Notes: generated by a model not told the origin, from the letters alone. A stretch of 64,000 bases of DNA from Octopus sinensis (GCF_006345805.1 NW_021832439.1:53813-117812); one strand, 5' to 3'. Shown: positions 1-13,200, numbered from the stretch's first letter. Numbers and translations: made by a program.

Positions 1-40
1 AGCCTTATACAAAAACAAAAGCCAAAAAAAAAAAACAGCA

Positions 41-213
41 TAGGCGCAGGAGTGGCTGTGTGGTAAGTAGCTTGCTTACCAACCACATGGTTCCGGGTTC
101 AGTCCCACTGCATGGCACCTTGGGCAAGTGTCTTCTACTATAGCCTCAGGCCGACCAAAGCCATGAGAGTGGATTTGGTAGACGGAAACTGAAAGAAGCC
201 TGTCGTATATCTG

Positions 214-244
<31 letters not shown>

Positions 245-460
245 GTTCGTGTGTCTGTGTTTGTACCCCCATCATCACTTGACAACCGATGCTGGTGTGT
301 TTACGTCCCCGTCACTTAGCAGTTCGGCAAAAGAGACCGATAGAATAAGTACTGGGCTTACAAAAAGAATAAATCCTGGGGTCGATTTGCTCGACTGAAG
401 GCGGTGCTCCAGCATGGCCGCAGTCAAATGACTGAAACAAGTGAAAGAGTAAAAGAGTAA
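41..460 (+). mobile_element. tRNA-derived SINE, family A (full-length representative)
   Basis: Head GGAGTGGCTGTGTGGTAAG...GGTTCAGTCCC (A/B-box-like), internal (TA)n/(TG)n tract, 3' (GTAAAAGA)n tail. Other copies at about 1285-1651+, 2364-2520+, 4705-5107-, 6229-6645+, 6663-6800-, 19281-19445+, 25781-26210+, 34710-35510+ (two in tandem), 40465-40790+, 45895-46060+, 52497-52870+, 52893-53465-, 57560-57726-. Confidence 0.9.
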
Positions 461-857
461 AGCAGCACAATAGGCATAGTCGTGGCCTGGCCCCATGGTA
501 AGAAGTTTGCCAGCAGAGGGACTGAACCTAGAACCAGGAAGTAACGAAGAAAACTTCTTACCGTAAAACTACACCTTCACCTACAGCATGGTTAATTTTG
601 TTTTCACCTTTTTCTCTCGAATATAAAATGTCACTGGCCTCTGTGTTATTCTTTCTCATTATATCTATTTACAATCTCTCTTTTCAATAAAAAATTAAAT
701 ATTTGATTAGTCACTTGTATGACCTCCAAGCTCTCTTATCTGCCAAACACTTCTTATAAATCTTTCTTATATTTACAGAGATATACTTGCATAGCAAGTA
801 ACTTGATCTGAGATCGTGTGCTGAAACAAAAACATTTGCAGCGTGGAAGGTTTTTTT

Positions 858-1165
858 GTTTGTTAGTTCCTTCTCGAGCCATGCCTGGCTCATAAGGGCC
901 GGTTTCCCGGTTTCCTTGGCGTATAGGTTCCCCACCTGGACGGGACGTCGGTCCATCGCAGGTGAGCTGCAAGATGCAGGAGGAAAGAGTGAGAGAGAAA
1001 GTTGTGGCAAAAGAGTCAGCAGAAGTTCGCCATTACCTTCTGAGGGAGTCGCATGGAGCTTAGGTGTTTCGCTCATAAACACACACATCGTCCAGTCTGA
1101 GATTCGAACCTGCGATTCCTCGACCGCGAGTCCGCTGCTCTAACCACTAGGCCATGTGCCTCCAC
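858..1165 (-). mobile_element. tRNA-derived SINE, family B (representative)
   Basis: Minus-strand head GTGGAGGCACATGGCCTAGTGGTTAGAGCAGCGGACTCGCGG...GGTTCGAATC. Related copies at about 4262-4518-, 5648-6025-, 8780-9020-, 26497-26800+, 28846-29168-, 46087-46380-, 47192-47515+, 54650-54975-. Confidence 0.85.
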
Positions 1166-1166
1166 A

Positions 1167-1695
1167 TGTTGAAGGTGTATATAAGCCATTTAAAAACACA
1201 CAAAAACCATTAGATTCACCTCAACATTTCAATTTAACTTGTGCCAAAATATTTCCGTCGCTTTGAAACCATGACCTGTTCATGCTAACCAACCATATGG
1301 TTCCGGGTTCAGTCCCACTGCATGGCATCTTGGGCAAGTGTCTTCTACTATAGCCCCGGGCCGACCAAAGCCTTGTGAGTGGATTTGGTAGACGGAAACT
1401 GAAAGAAGCCCGTCGTATATATGTATATATATATATGTGTGTATGCTTGTGTGTCTGTGTTTGTCCCCCCTAGCATTGCTTGACAACCGATGCTGGTGTG
1501 TTTACGTTGCCGTCACTTAGCGGTTCGGCAAAAGACCGATAGAATAAGTACTGGGCTTACAAAGAATAAGTCCCGGGGTCGATTTGCTCGACCAAAAGGC
1601 GGTGCTCCAGCATGACCGCAGTCAAAATGACTGAAACAAGTAAAAAGAGTATGGAATTTTTGTGTGTTTTTAAATGGCTTATAAACACCTTCCAC
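1167..1695. mobile_element. Repeat with inverted ends (possible Penelope-like remnant) interrupted by a family A SINE
   Basis: GAAGGTGTATATAAGCCATTTAAAAACACACAAAAA at about 1172 and its reverse complement at about 1655-1695; the same family recurs at 31750-31890. Confidence 0.5.
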
Positions 1696-1749
1696 TCAGC
1701 AATTATTTCATATATTTCTTACTTGATATTTGGTTAACATCTCTGGCAC

Positions 1750-3072
1750 CTATGCAGGTGGCACGTAAAAAGCACCCACTACACTCTTGGAGTGGTTGGC
1801 GTTAGGAAGGGCATCCAGCTGTGGAAACTCTGCCAGATCAGACTGGAGCCTGGTGCAGCCCCTGGCTTCCCAGACCCCGGTCGAACCGTCCAACCTGTGC
1901 TGGCGCGGAAAACGGACGTTAAACGATGATGATGATCTCTGTATTTTACATAAGTACATAAATGTTGGGCTATATGCATCATCATCATCATCGTTGTTTA
2001 ACGTCTGCTTTCCATGCTGGCATGGGTTGGACAGTTCGACTGGGGTCTGGGAAGCCAGGAGGCTGCACCAGGCTCCAGTCTTGATCTGGCAGGTGTTTCT
2101 ACAGCTGGATGCCCTTCCAAACACCTGGATTTTGTGGGGGGGGGGGAACAGTCAATCACACTGACCCCCAGTACTCAACTGGTACTTTATTTATCGACCC
2201 CGAAAGGATGAAAGGCAAAGTCAAACTCAGCAGAATTTAAATAATAATAATAGTTATTTTAAATTCTTTTTTTTTTTGCCACAAGGGCAGCTTGGAGGAG
2301 GTGGGGATGAGTTGATTACATTGACCCCAGTGTTTAACTGGTACTTGTTTTATCGACTCTGAAAGGAGTGGCTGTGTAGTAAGTAGCTTGCTTACCAACC
2401 ACATGGTTCCAGGTTCAGTCCCACTGCGTGGCACCTTGGGCGTCTTCTATTATAGCCTTGGGCTGACCAAAGCCTTGTGAGTGGATTTGGTAGACGGAAA
2501 CTGAAAGAAGCCTGTTGTATATCCTCATCATCATCATTGTTTAATGTCCGTTTTCCATGCTAGCATGGGTTGGACGGCTCGACCGGGGTCTGGGAAGCCA
2601 GGCGGCTGCACCAGGCTCCAGTCTTGATCCGGCAGTGTTTCTACAGCTGGATGCCCTTCCTAACGCCAACCACTCCGAGAGTGTAGTGGGTGCTTTTTAT
2701 GTGCCACCGACACGGGGGCCAGAGGAGGCTGGCAACGACCACAATTGGTTGGTGTTTTTTACGTGCCACAAGCACGGAGGCCATCAAGGCGGTGCTAGCA
2801 TCGGCCACATTCGGATGGTGCTGCTTTTTTCATGCCACCAGCACAGGGATCACAACTGTGAGAGAGAGGGTGAAAAGCTGATGACAGTTTTACAGCCTCC
2901 TGCTGTCCTGAGTTCATCATCATCATCATCGCCGTTTAACGTCCGCTTTCCATGCTGGCATGGGTTGGACGATCTTGACTGAGGACTGGCGAACCAGATG
3001 GCTGCACCAGGCTCCAATCTTGATCTGGCAAAGTTTCTACAGCTGGATGCCCTTCCTAACGCCAACCACTCC
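1750..3072. mobile_element. Cluster of 5'-truncated RTE-clade LINE 3' ends with (GAT)n tails
   Basis: Four copies (1750-1935+, 1978-2120-, 2525-2855-, 2915-3072-) of the GGAAGGGCATCCAGCTG...GTTAAACGATGATGAT segment, which at 42-44.5 kb is contiguous with RTE RT coding sequence. Further copies at about 6870-7240, 23875-24110, 28478-28668, 29770-29918, 36040-36345, 36825-36975, 46640-47010, 48480-49020, 49605-49955. Confidence 0.85.
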
Positions 3073-3275
3073 AAATTAAATATAAGCGGAGATGGTTACA
3101 TCTGGAACATCTCTGATCGGTTAGAATCAGAAGTATGCTGGATGGAGGATGATGAGGGGAGGTGGTTGGAGTCAAAAACCAACAGCTACAACAACAAACA
3201 CCACTAACCAAGGAACACCACAAGATGGTGGTGGCAGCGTTGGTGGTGGTGAGCGGGGGAATTTATGATTACACG

Positions 3276-3307
<32 letters not shown>

Positions 3308-3733
3308 GGTGGTGGTTTGTTGTTGATTGCTAAATGTAAAACAATAACACGATGAGGACAAAGAGCAGCCAAATGGTGTCATAATGCGTGTACAGACATG
3401 ACCATCACCACTGTTTCACCTACAACAGAGAGAGTCTTCATAGGTCTGCTAGAAATAGCAGCTAATTCCGTGTTCTGAGAAAGAAAGAAAAAAAAGAGAG
3501 AATGACAATTGAATAATAGAGTAAGAGAAAAAAATGGGATGGTCTTCACTGGATTGTCTTTGATAAGAGATCAGCTTGAGCAGCATGAGCCAAATACAAC
3601 ATCAAAGCATAACTCTGATGTTTTAGCTTTTTACTTATATCAGTGGACTGTGGCCATGCTGGAACACTACATTCGACCATACATTTACATTATTTACATT
3701 TGATGGATATTTGTCCTCATCTTGTTTGTTGTT

Positions 3734-3779
3734 AACACAACATTTCAGCTGATGTACCCTCCAGCCTTCATCAGGTGTC
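3734..3779 (-). ncRNA. Degenerate minimal type I hammerhead ribozyme motif
   Basis: Minus strand GACAC-CTGATGA-AGGCTG-loop-CAGCT-GAAAT-GTT-GTGTT; stem I GACAC/GTGTT; GAAAC is mutated to GAAAT. Confidence 0.5.
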
Positions 3780-4124
3780 TCGGGGAAATTTTGAACCTAG
3801 GTTCTCATTCCTAAGGTATTTTTCACTGTTGTTGTTGTTGTTGTTATTATTAGTATTATTAACCAAAATGAAGTAGATTGACAAAATTATTTTTTTAACC
3901 TGTTGAGGCTACAGTAGAAGACACTTACCCAAGGTGCCACACAGTGAGACTGAACCTGGAAGCATGTGGTTGGGAAGGAAGCTTCTTACCACACAGCCAA
4001 GCTGTGCCTATATATGTACATATATAGTTAATCCAAACAAGAAAGCACAAAAAAACACAACAACACGAGGACATGGAACAAATATAGTATTATTGGACGC
4101 TCAGGAAAGAAGGGAAGAAGGAGG

Positions 4125-4159
4125 GTTTAACGTTTCGAGCGGAGCTCTTCGTCGGAAAC
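4125..4159 (-). ncRNA. Minimal type I hammerhead ribozyme motif (core variant CCGACGA)
   Basis: Minus strand GTTT-CCGACGA-A-GAGC-TCC-GCTC-GAAAC-GTT-AAAC; stems I and II pair perfectly. Confidence 0.55.
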
Positions 4160-5104
4160 ATAGGAGAAGGAAAGATCCAGAGAAGGGAAGACAGAGGAAA
4201 AAAATCGCCAACGGTACACACGCGGTCATATATATATATATATATATATACATATACAAAATAAATAAATGCACCCTTTTAAAACCTAGCCAGGCTCATG
4301 GGCCCGCTTTCCCGGTTTCAATGGCGTATGTGTTCCCCAGCTGGACAGGACGCCAGTCCATCGCAGCGTTACTCATTTTTGCCAGCTGAGTGGACTGGAG
4401 CTACGTGAAATGAAGTGTTTTGCTCAAGAACACAACGCATCGCCCGGTCCAGGAATCGAAACCACAATTTTACGGTCACGATGCTGACACCCTAACCACT
4501 AAGCCACGCGCCTCCACTATACACACACACACATGCACAGCTATAGAATAGATGGCACATATCGTCTAAGCATCAGATAAAAGACAGACTAAATGAAGAG
4601 GAAAAAGAAAAAAAATCATTTTATGTAGTGATTAGCATTTGTTTAATTAGAATGAATACAACGAAGATTAGTCATCACACACACACACACATATATACAT
4701 ATATACTCTTTTACTCTTTACTCTTTTACTTGTTTCAGTCATTTGACTGCGGCCATGCTGGAGCACCGCCTTTAGTCGAGCAAATCGACCCCGGGGCTTA
4801 TTCTTTGTAAGCCCAGTACTTATTCTATCGGTCTCTTTTGCCGAACCGCTAAGTGACGGCAACATAAACACACCAGCATCGGTTGTCAAGCAATGCTAGG
4901 GGGACAAACACAAACACACAAATATATATATATATACATATATACGACAGGCTTCTTTCAGTTTCCGTCTACCAAATCCACTCACAAGGCATTGGTCGGC
5001 CCGGGGCTATAGCAGAGACAGTTGCCCAAGATGCCACGCAGTGGGACTGAACCCAGAACCATGTGGTTGGTTAGCAAGCTACTTACCACACAGCCACTCC
5101 TGCA

Positions 5105-5166
<62 letters not shown>

Positions 5167-5196
5167 TAAAATTTTTGTATTAATGGAAAACCTCTA

Positions 5197-5288
5197 TAAT
5201 TGGCTGATGAATACTCGGCATTTTAAATCCGTTGTAATACTTACAACATTTAATAAAATGATGAAGTATGAAACGATCGTACCAAATT
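5197..5288 (+). ncRNA. Type I hammerhead ribozyme, intact core
   Basis: TAATTGG-CTGATGA(5204-5210), long stem II (ATACT/AGTAT, CATTTTA/TAAAATG, GTTGTAA/TTACAAC), then GAAAC(5270-5274)-GATC-GTA-CCAAATTA. Predicted cleavage after 5281. Confidence 0.8.
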
Positions 5289-6390
5289 ACCGGAGTCATT
5301 CTTGTTGCTTATTTTGATATATATATAAATATATACACACACACACACACACACATGTAGAGGTAAAATCGTGGGACATGGATGTAAACAGACGACACTT
5401 CGAAGTCACTATCAACATCTTCCTTACAAAACCTAATCAAGCATGCTTGTGTGTGTGTGTGTGTGTGTGTGTGTTTACTGCTAAACACACACACCAGAAG
5501 GCACCGACCATTCAACTGGATGTCCTTTTGAAATATCTTTTCAAAAGATTACAGAGCACGTGTTACTGCTGTTTCAGCTGAGGTCACCATGTGCATACAT
5601 ATATATTTTTTTATTTATAAGTACACGTACACACACACTCTCTCTTAGCACTCCGTCGGCTACGACGACGAGGGTTCCGGTTGATCCGAATCAACGGAAC
5701 AGCCTGCTCGTGAAATTAACGTGTAAGTGGCTGAGCACTCCACAGACACATGTACCCTTAACGTAGTTCTCGGGGATATTCAGCGTGACACAGAGAGTGA
5801 CAAGGCCGGCCCTTTGAAATACAGGTACAACAGAAACAGGAAGTAAAAGTGAGAGAAAGTTGTGGTGAAAGAGTACAGCAGGGATCACCACCAGCCTCTG
5901 CTGGAGCCTCGTGGAGCTTTAGGTATTTTCGCTCAATAAACACTCACAACGCATGGTCTGGGAATTGAAACCGCGATCCTACGACCGCGAGTCCGCTGCC
6001 CTAACCACTGGGCCATTGCGCCTCACACACACATACATATGTACATACATACCAATCAGTATTGTGGGGTTTCAGAGATGAAACCCTCTTTCCAAGTGAT
6101 CCTTTTTCTCCAAAACTATATTTACATTTCTCCTTCCTATCTTTCTACATCGATAAACATTCAATACATCTTGCCTATCAGTTCGTATCTTCCATAAAAT
6201 TGCAGTTGTCTTTATTTTATATATATATGGGTGCAGGAGTGGCTGTGTGGTAAGTAGCTTGCTTACCAACCACATGGTTCCGGGTTCAGTCCCACTGCGT
6301 GGCACCTTGGGCAAGTGTCTTCTACTATAGCCCCGGGCCGACCAATGCCTTGTGAGTGGATTTGGTAGACAGAAACTGAAAGAAGCCCAT

Positions 6391-6455
<65 letters not shown>

Positions 6456-7037
6456 TTTGTGTGTCTGTGTTTGTGCCCCTAGCATTGCTTGACAACCGAT
6501 GCTGGTGTGTCACTTAGCGGTTCGGCAAAAGAGAGTGATAGAATAAGTACTGGGCTTACAAAAAATAAGTCCCGGGGTCGAGTTGCTCGACTAAAGGCGG
6601 TGCTCCAGCATGGCCGCAGTCAAGTGACTGAAACAAGTAAAAGAGTATATATACACACACACACAACAGGCTTCTTTCAGTTTTCATCTACCAAATCCAC
6701 TCACAAGACTTTGGTTGGCCCAAGGCTGTAGTAGAAAACGCTTGCCCAAGGTGCCATGCAGTGGGACTGAACCCAGAACCATGTGGTTGGGGAGCAAGCT
6801 GTATCCAAGAAGACCCGTCAGCTGCCGCTGCAGAATTGATACTGATGCTGGTATCATGTAAAAGGCACTCATGCTGTTGCCACATTAAAAGGACCCAGCA
6901 CTCTCTATGGAGTGGTTGGCATTAGGAAGGGCATCCAGCCATAGAAACCATGCCAGAACAGACAATGGATCCTGGTGAGGGCCCCTGGTCTTGCCAGCGC
7001 CAATCAAACCATCCAACCCATGGAAAACAGACATTAA

Positions 7038-7240
7038 ATGATGATGATGATGGTGGTGGTGGTGATGATGGTGGAGGTTATGATGGTGATGGTGGTGATG
7101 ATGGTGAAGGTGATGATGATGGTGATGATGAAGGTGATGGTGATGATGATGATGGTGGTGGTTATGATGGTGATGATGATGGTGGTGGTGATGATGATGG
7201 TGGTGGTGATGATGGTGATGGTGATGATGGTGGTGGTGTG
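7038..7240. repeat. (GAT/GGT)n microsatellite expanded from an RTE tail
   Basis: Directly follows GACATTAAAT of an RTE 3' end; source of the poly-His/Asp/Met ORFs. Confidence 0.9.
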
Positions 7241-7914
7241 TGTGTTTGTGTATGCAATTATGTGTATACACAGCGGCCATGCTGGGGCTCTGCCTTGAAG
7301 GGTTAGAGTAGAAAAATCACAGACCCAGTAAATATATTCTTTGAAGTCTTGCAGTCATGCTACCAGTCTTTCTTCGTCAGATCACTAAAATACAGGGATA
7401 CAAACAAACCAACACTGGCTGTTGTGGAGGTGGGACAAATACAAACATAAAGACACACACACGTACATATATACACAGCAGGCTTCCACACAGTTTCCGT
7501 CAACCAAATTCACTCACATGGCTTGGAACTATAAGTAGAAGACACTTGCCCAATGTGCTTATCAGTGGAATTGAACTCAAAACCACGTGGTTGCAGAGTT
7601 CCTTAAACACACTGCCTTACCAGCATGGAAGCCAGTTAGCTGCTCTGGCAATGATCATGCTCGGATGGTGCTCTTAGCGCTCCACTAGCATGGATGCCAG
7701 TCATTGAATTTGATCACGTGTTTGGTAAGTTCACAGTCATCTATTTATTGTTCATTTTTCAATAAAATAGCTTTTAATTATTAATGGTGAGATACTATGG
7801 GTACATTTTCTCGGTAAACTTTCCTGGTGGTGAACTTCCTTCATGGGAATTGATGGCAGCGAACTTACCTGTAATCAGTGAATCAGGTTGTCCACAAGGG
7901 AGTTATACCCAAAA

Positions 7915-8133
7915 AACTTTGACTCCGACTCCTCTTTATGTAATCAAGTGATTGTGGTCTCCATATCTCCTAAAGCAGATGCTTGTACACTGAGTAGGCC
8001 TACATGTTATAACTGGTTTATATTAAACAATAAAGATATTGTGTCGGAGTCGTCATAGTTTTACCGACTCTGACTCCAGCTACCCCGTAATTGTTTCTGA
8101 CTCCACGACTCAGGCTCCGATTCCACAGCCCTG
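7915..8133. mobile_element. One end of a non-autonomous hAT-like element
   Basis: Terminus ...TCCACAGCCCTG (CAGGGCTGTGGA on minus) with several subterminal GACTCC/GGAGTC repeats; opposite end not found. Confidence 0.55.
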
Positions 8134-8134
8134 G

Positions 8135-8235
8135 TTGTAGCAGCATTATAGTTAGTTGCTACAAAGATAAAGGTGATGCCTTAAACAGAAATAATTACAG
8201 AGGAATCAAATTGTTGGACCAGGTGATGATGGTAA
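8135..8235 (+). pseudogene. RTE LINE reverse transcriptase fragment
   Basis: Translates CSSIIVSCYKDKGDALNRNNYRGIKLLDQVM, the NYRGI-L motif; overlaps the IKLLDQVM sequence at 43.1 kb. Confidence 0.8.
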
Positions 8236-9042
8236 GGCTACCTTCCAGTAAATCTGTAGAGAGGTGGATGAGAGCAGCACACACACGATTCTAATAATTG
8301 AGACTGGACCCAGCATGCGTCTGTAAGGCGGGAAATAGAGCTGAGGAGTGGAGGCGGCACTCACACTTGGTACTCAGAGTAATGTGGGACCGTGAGTGTT
8401 CTTTGATCGACCCTAAGTGACAGCCCTCCTCTTGAGGCTTAACACGTGTGTAAACTGTGGTCAATCGCTCTTCATTCATTTCGATTTCGATGTATTCCCA
8501 CTACAACACATTCTTTTGTGATGTGATCCATCATCCTTGAGAAAATAACGAAAAATATTTTTTTTATGAGGGAGACAAGGCTTGACACAGTCGCAGAGCG
8601 TTGGACAAAATACCACTTAACAATCTTGAGTTCAAATCCTGCAGCGATTGACTTTGCCCTACATTTTTCCGAGGTCGATAAAAACAAAAGGCAAGACTTC
8701 CGCCCGTCCCCCCCCAAAAAAACCCCACCCTTGGGGGGGGGGGTCCTTCCAAAAAAAAACCTGGCACCTCATCTGTTACAAAGACGAGGGTTCGCGCTGA
8801 ACAACCTTCTCGCGAAATTAACGTGCAACTGGCTGAGTACTCCACAGACATAGTTCTCGGGAAGGTTCATCGTGACATAGGATGTGACAAAGCTGGCCCT
8901 TTTAAATTACAGGCACAATTCATTTTTGCCATCTGAAGGTACTGGAGCAATGTGAAATAAGGTGTCTTGCTCAACGATACAACGTGCCACCAGGAAGCCC
9001 AACCAGCAAGCCATGAACCCCTCATCTGACGTCACGCATTAA

Positions 9043-9445
9043 TCTTTCTCTATATATAAAGCTGAAGTTGTCTGTGTATGGCAGGTTTGGAAGCCTTCAA
9101 CTAACACTATCTCCTCCGAGACCCTGCGGCGCAAGTTGACCAAAATTGAGAGTATGATAGAAGAAGGCTTGTTCTTCCTTCCGTAGAAGAATAAAAATTC
9201 AAATTGGACCACGTTAGCACCATAAATTATTTACATCAAAAAGGTGCTTTTGTTTCTATGAAAATCCCTATTTTTTACGATTTTTTTTTTGACAGCTGTG
9301 TCGCCATTTTTCGGTGTATTTCAACCAGAAAAATATTCACTTAAAGAGAATAACAAGCTACATAATGCAAATTTTTTACTTTTCAAAAAATTCCAATTCT
9401 AAAGGGTCGAAACAAACCCGAGCAACGCCGGGCGATAACCGCTAG
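9043..9445 (+). mobile_element. Non-autonomous Helitron
   Basis: 5' A|TC, 3' CTAG|T, subterminal hairpin CCCGAGCAACGCCGGG, no TSD; second copy at 44837-45640 on minus. Confidence 0.8.
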
Positions 9446-10127
9446 TAAACCTATATCGCCGTAGAGAGAACCATTATTACAAAATGGATTGGCAGAACCG
9501 GTAGAGCGTCAGAAAAAAATGTTACGTGAGGCTTCAGTTACCTCCCTTTGCAAACCCGCGATCAAATCCAGCCGGGACTGAATTTGTTCGCCTTTGTTTT
9601 GCAATATCCTTCCGGTAGGGGGAAGGTGGGAGAATAAAGTATCAACGAACAGCTGGGAATGAGGGGGGGGGGGGTGACTATATTTGCAGCATGGTGTCTA
9701 CGTTAGTATTGAGTAACACGAGTACGTGTTGTGTACCAACAAACGAAAGTACATCCTCTATGCACGGATGCATACACACATACATAAATATATAGCATAA
9801 ATACATACATATACAAATGCACCCTCACACATATGTATGTATGTTACGTTTGTTTCTATGCTAAGTAATAAATATAAACAATTTAACATTAACTTGAAGA
9901 TCACTTCATACTGTTTAGGAGAACGAGAGTAGAGTACAATTGTTTGGTAGGGTAGGCGAAAGTCCGTCAAGTACATAGTTTAACTCTTACAAGGTAAAAA
10001 AAGGTTGTTGACGGCGAACAAGCTTCGAAGTCACTATCAACATTTTCCTTGTTAAAATTCACACACACATTATATATGTGTGTGTGTGAGTGTATAGATA
10101 GACAGATACACGTGTGTATGATTCATA

Positions 10128-10345
10128 GGTACTATTTGAGAACGCGCTAGCTAGTCGTGACTAGTCGATCCTACAACGACTACCTAGCCAGGTAAATAAA
10201 ACACAAAATAAAGAAATTTTTTTACACAAAGTAAATAATCTTTTTAAAAAAACAAAGTAAATAAAACACAAAAACACAAGGATCGACTAGTCATGACTAG
10301 CTAGCGCGAGTGCGCGCACCGGGACCACCCTTCTTAAGTAGAACC
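10128..10345. mobile_element. GGTAC-terminal MITE (Merlin- or MULE-like)
   Basis: TIRs GGTACTATTTGAGAA / TTCTTAAGTAGAACC plus internal inverted GCTAGCTAGTCGTGACTAGTCGATCC; other copies at 41071-41208 (truncated) and 51477-51725. Confidence 0.75.
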
Positions 10346-10492
10346 GGTTAATTCTTACAAGGTAAAAACGGTTGCTGACGGCGAACAAGCCGAAATTTCG
10401 AAGTCACTATCAACATTATCCTTGTTAAAATCCCACACACCTTATATATGTGTGTATAGATAGATAGATGGATTGATAGATCGATAGAAAGG

Positions 10493-10577
<85 letters not shown>

Positions 10578-10703
10578 CGATAGATAGATAGATAAATAGA
10601 TGGATGGATACACGTGTGTATGATTCATAAACGCAAGAGAACAGCCTGTTCACATAATATATGAGATAATCATTATAATATATCGTTATATACACACACA
10701 TAT

Positions 10704-10734
<31 letters not shown>

Positions 10735-10914
10735 TACACACCCATATTATATGTATAGACAGTCAAGTATATATATATATGTGCATATATACACATACAC
10801 AACATAAGTCGGCAATATTATATAATAATAACATAAAAATCAATGAATGAATGCGATAAGTCATCAATTGATTTATCGATCAAGAGATGACAATTCACGA
10901 ATGTGATATCATTT

Positions 10915-11025
10915 GCCATTGTTTAGCCTCAGGTCAGTCAACCGTACTGAATACAACGGATTTACTAAAGATGTTCCAAGCGTGATCATCCAGCCTCAAT
11001 CCTTTTCCCTATATATATATTTTGA

Positions 11026-11083
<58 letters not shown>

Positions 11084-11800
11084 GAAGTTCCGCTTTATAA
11101 TGTCGGTTTATAGTAAAATCAATCGATTTCACGTTAAAATTATTCGACAGTAACTTCGAAGTGCCGGCCTGCTTAGCCCCCGGAAAGGGGGTGAGCCACA
11201 TGACGGTCACAGCTGGAACGACGTATCCAAAGTGCCCTTCACTTCCTCTAAAGGTGTTGTTTCTAGCAAGTCGAGCGACTACTAAACGGCTTCGTAATAG
11301 TAGTTACTGATGTGTGTAAACCTGAGGTCAGGTATGATCCAACAAAACGAACATCTGATCAGCTCTAAAAGACGTTCCAGTCGTGACCATCTTGTCTATT
11401 ATAGATTAGACACGCAGTATACACCTCGAACTGCAATATCTACCGTTTATCCCCACCACCCCTTTTTTTCTTATTATTATTGTAAACCATTATAATCACA
11501 GCCGGGATTTAGCTGCTATTTCTTTTCCATACAGGGCTAGCAACCATGCTCGACAATTCCCTGCCTCGATCACAGGTGCTGTCACTGATGTTGTTATTGT
11601 TATTGTATAAACCTCAGGTCAGCCTATAAACCAGCTTCGTGTTTTTTTCCTCTCGACACGATACAAGCTTCCACGACCATACTGTACAAAATACTCGTAT
11701 CTTTTACCCTTTTTTTTTTTCCACGACAGATACGGTTTCGATTCGAGAAGGAAGACAATTTGACTGCTATTTCTTGCGGGGTCGGTGCGACCGTCTAATT
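10915..11800. repeat. Cluster of an old, diverged dispersed repeat
   Basis: Recurrent motifs TTTAGCCTCAGGTCA, TTCCAGYCGTGACCATC and GATTTRRCTGCTATTTC; more copies at about 3440-3590, 15900-16090, 16830-16940, 17960-18150, 18880-19165, 20900-21020, 22320-22575, 30780-30880. Confidence 0.6.
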
Positions 11801-12739
11801 AAAGAAACCCCTCTCCTACCTGCTGTTTAGTTTACAGGTGTGTGTCGCGTTGTACATTTACAGAATTCTGTCGCAGCTTCTACCATAATTATTTATAATT
11901 ATCAATCTATCATTTGTAAAATTCTTTTTTGAGTTATAATATACTTCGATTTAAGATATATAAAACTGTACTTTAAGATACTGTATTGAGTTCAAACTCA
12001 GGTTATTACGAATATATATAAGGTACTACTAGTACCTATAAATATATTAATTGCAGGTACCTTAATTGCATACACGCATGAGGTTTGTTATACATACATA
12101 AAAGCAAAATTTAAAATTTGTAATTAATTAATAATTAAATTGAATTAAATTATAAATACTTACTTTAATCAGAAAATATAATAAGTCTAAAGTCTAATCC
12201 GAAGTAAGAATTTTCCCTCCAGCAAAAGAATCTTCTTGGCATTGTTGCATGTTGTAAAATAATAACAATATTGTCAATAAGGTAATTTGAGGTGTCAGGT
12301 TCGCGCCTTGCTGTGTGTAGTATATTTAAATAATATAGCAAGGTACTTTCTCATTTTTTTTTTTTGTCACGTAGTTAGTTACGCAGTTTACTTGTTTTAA
12401 TTATTATTCCACCTTTAAGCCGACAAGTCGAAGAGGACAGATATTTTCGCACTAATTGAAATTGGGGGGGAAGTATATATAACAAACAAATATTTACACT
12501 GATTAATTAAATTAGAGATAACACAGCAAAGTCTAGTTTTGTAATTAAAAAAAAAAGCTGTTAAATATATATTTATGATAATGTAATAATAATTATATAT
12601 GAGAGATGTATCTTTTTAGCAGTAACTGGAATTATATTAATGATGAGAGACCATGAGAGAAGAGAAGAGAAGTAGAAAAATTTTAGAGAAATTCTGGCAG
12701 AGTGGAAATAAAACAGGTCAGATAGACATCATCTCTCAG

Positions 12740-12744
12740 CTACC

Positions 12745-12786
<42 letters not shown>

Positions 12787-13200
12787 TTCTTTCTTTCTCT
12801 CTCTCTCTCTCTCATTCATTCATACATTCTCTCCTCTCTCACTGCCTCGTGCGTATTTTCCCCCCTCTCATTACAACTACCATTTTCTCGGTCACCCCCT
12901 CCCTCTCACTACCTCATGTGTATATTCACTCACTCACTCACTGTCTCTCTCCCTCCTCCCTTTTATTCACGTACGCTCTCTCTCCCTCCCTCTCTCGTTT
13001 CCCCCCTCAGTCACAATCCTATGTAGTTTCACTCTCCCTCCCTTTCTCATTCTCACACACTATCTCCTCTCTCTCTCTCTGATTTTCGTATATCCTCACA
13101 CTTCTCCCTCTCTCTCTCTGTCTCTCACATGGTGTACTTTCACTCTCTCACTCACACATTCGTATATTTTACCCCTCGCTCTCTTATCCACTCGTGCGTT
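12740..13200. repeat. CT/CA-rich low-complexity tract
   Basis: Degenerate (CT)n/(CA)n; accounts for the 196-aa ORF. Confidence 0.85.

Noticed and set aside
6885-7306. Poly-His, Asp-Gly and Met-Val ORFs
   Set aside because: Translations of a (GAT/GGT)n microsatellite grown from an RTE tail.
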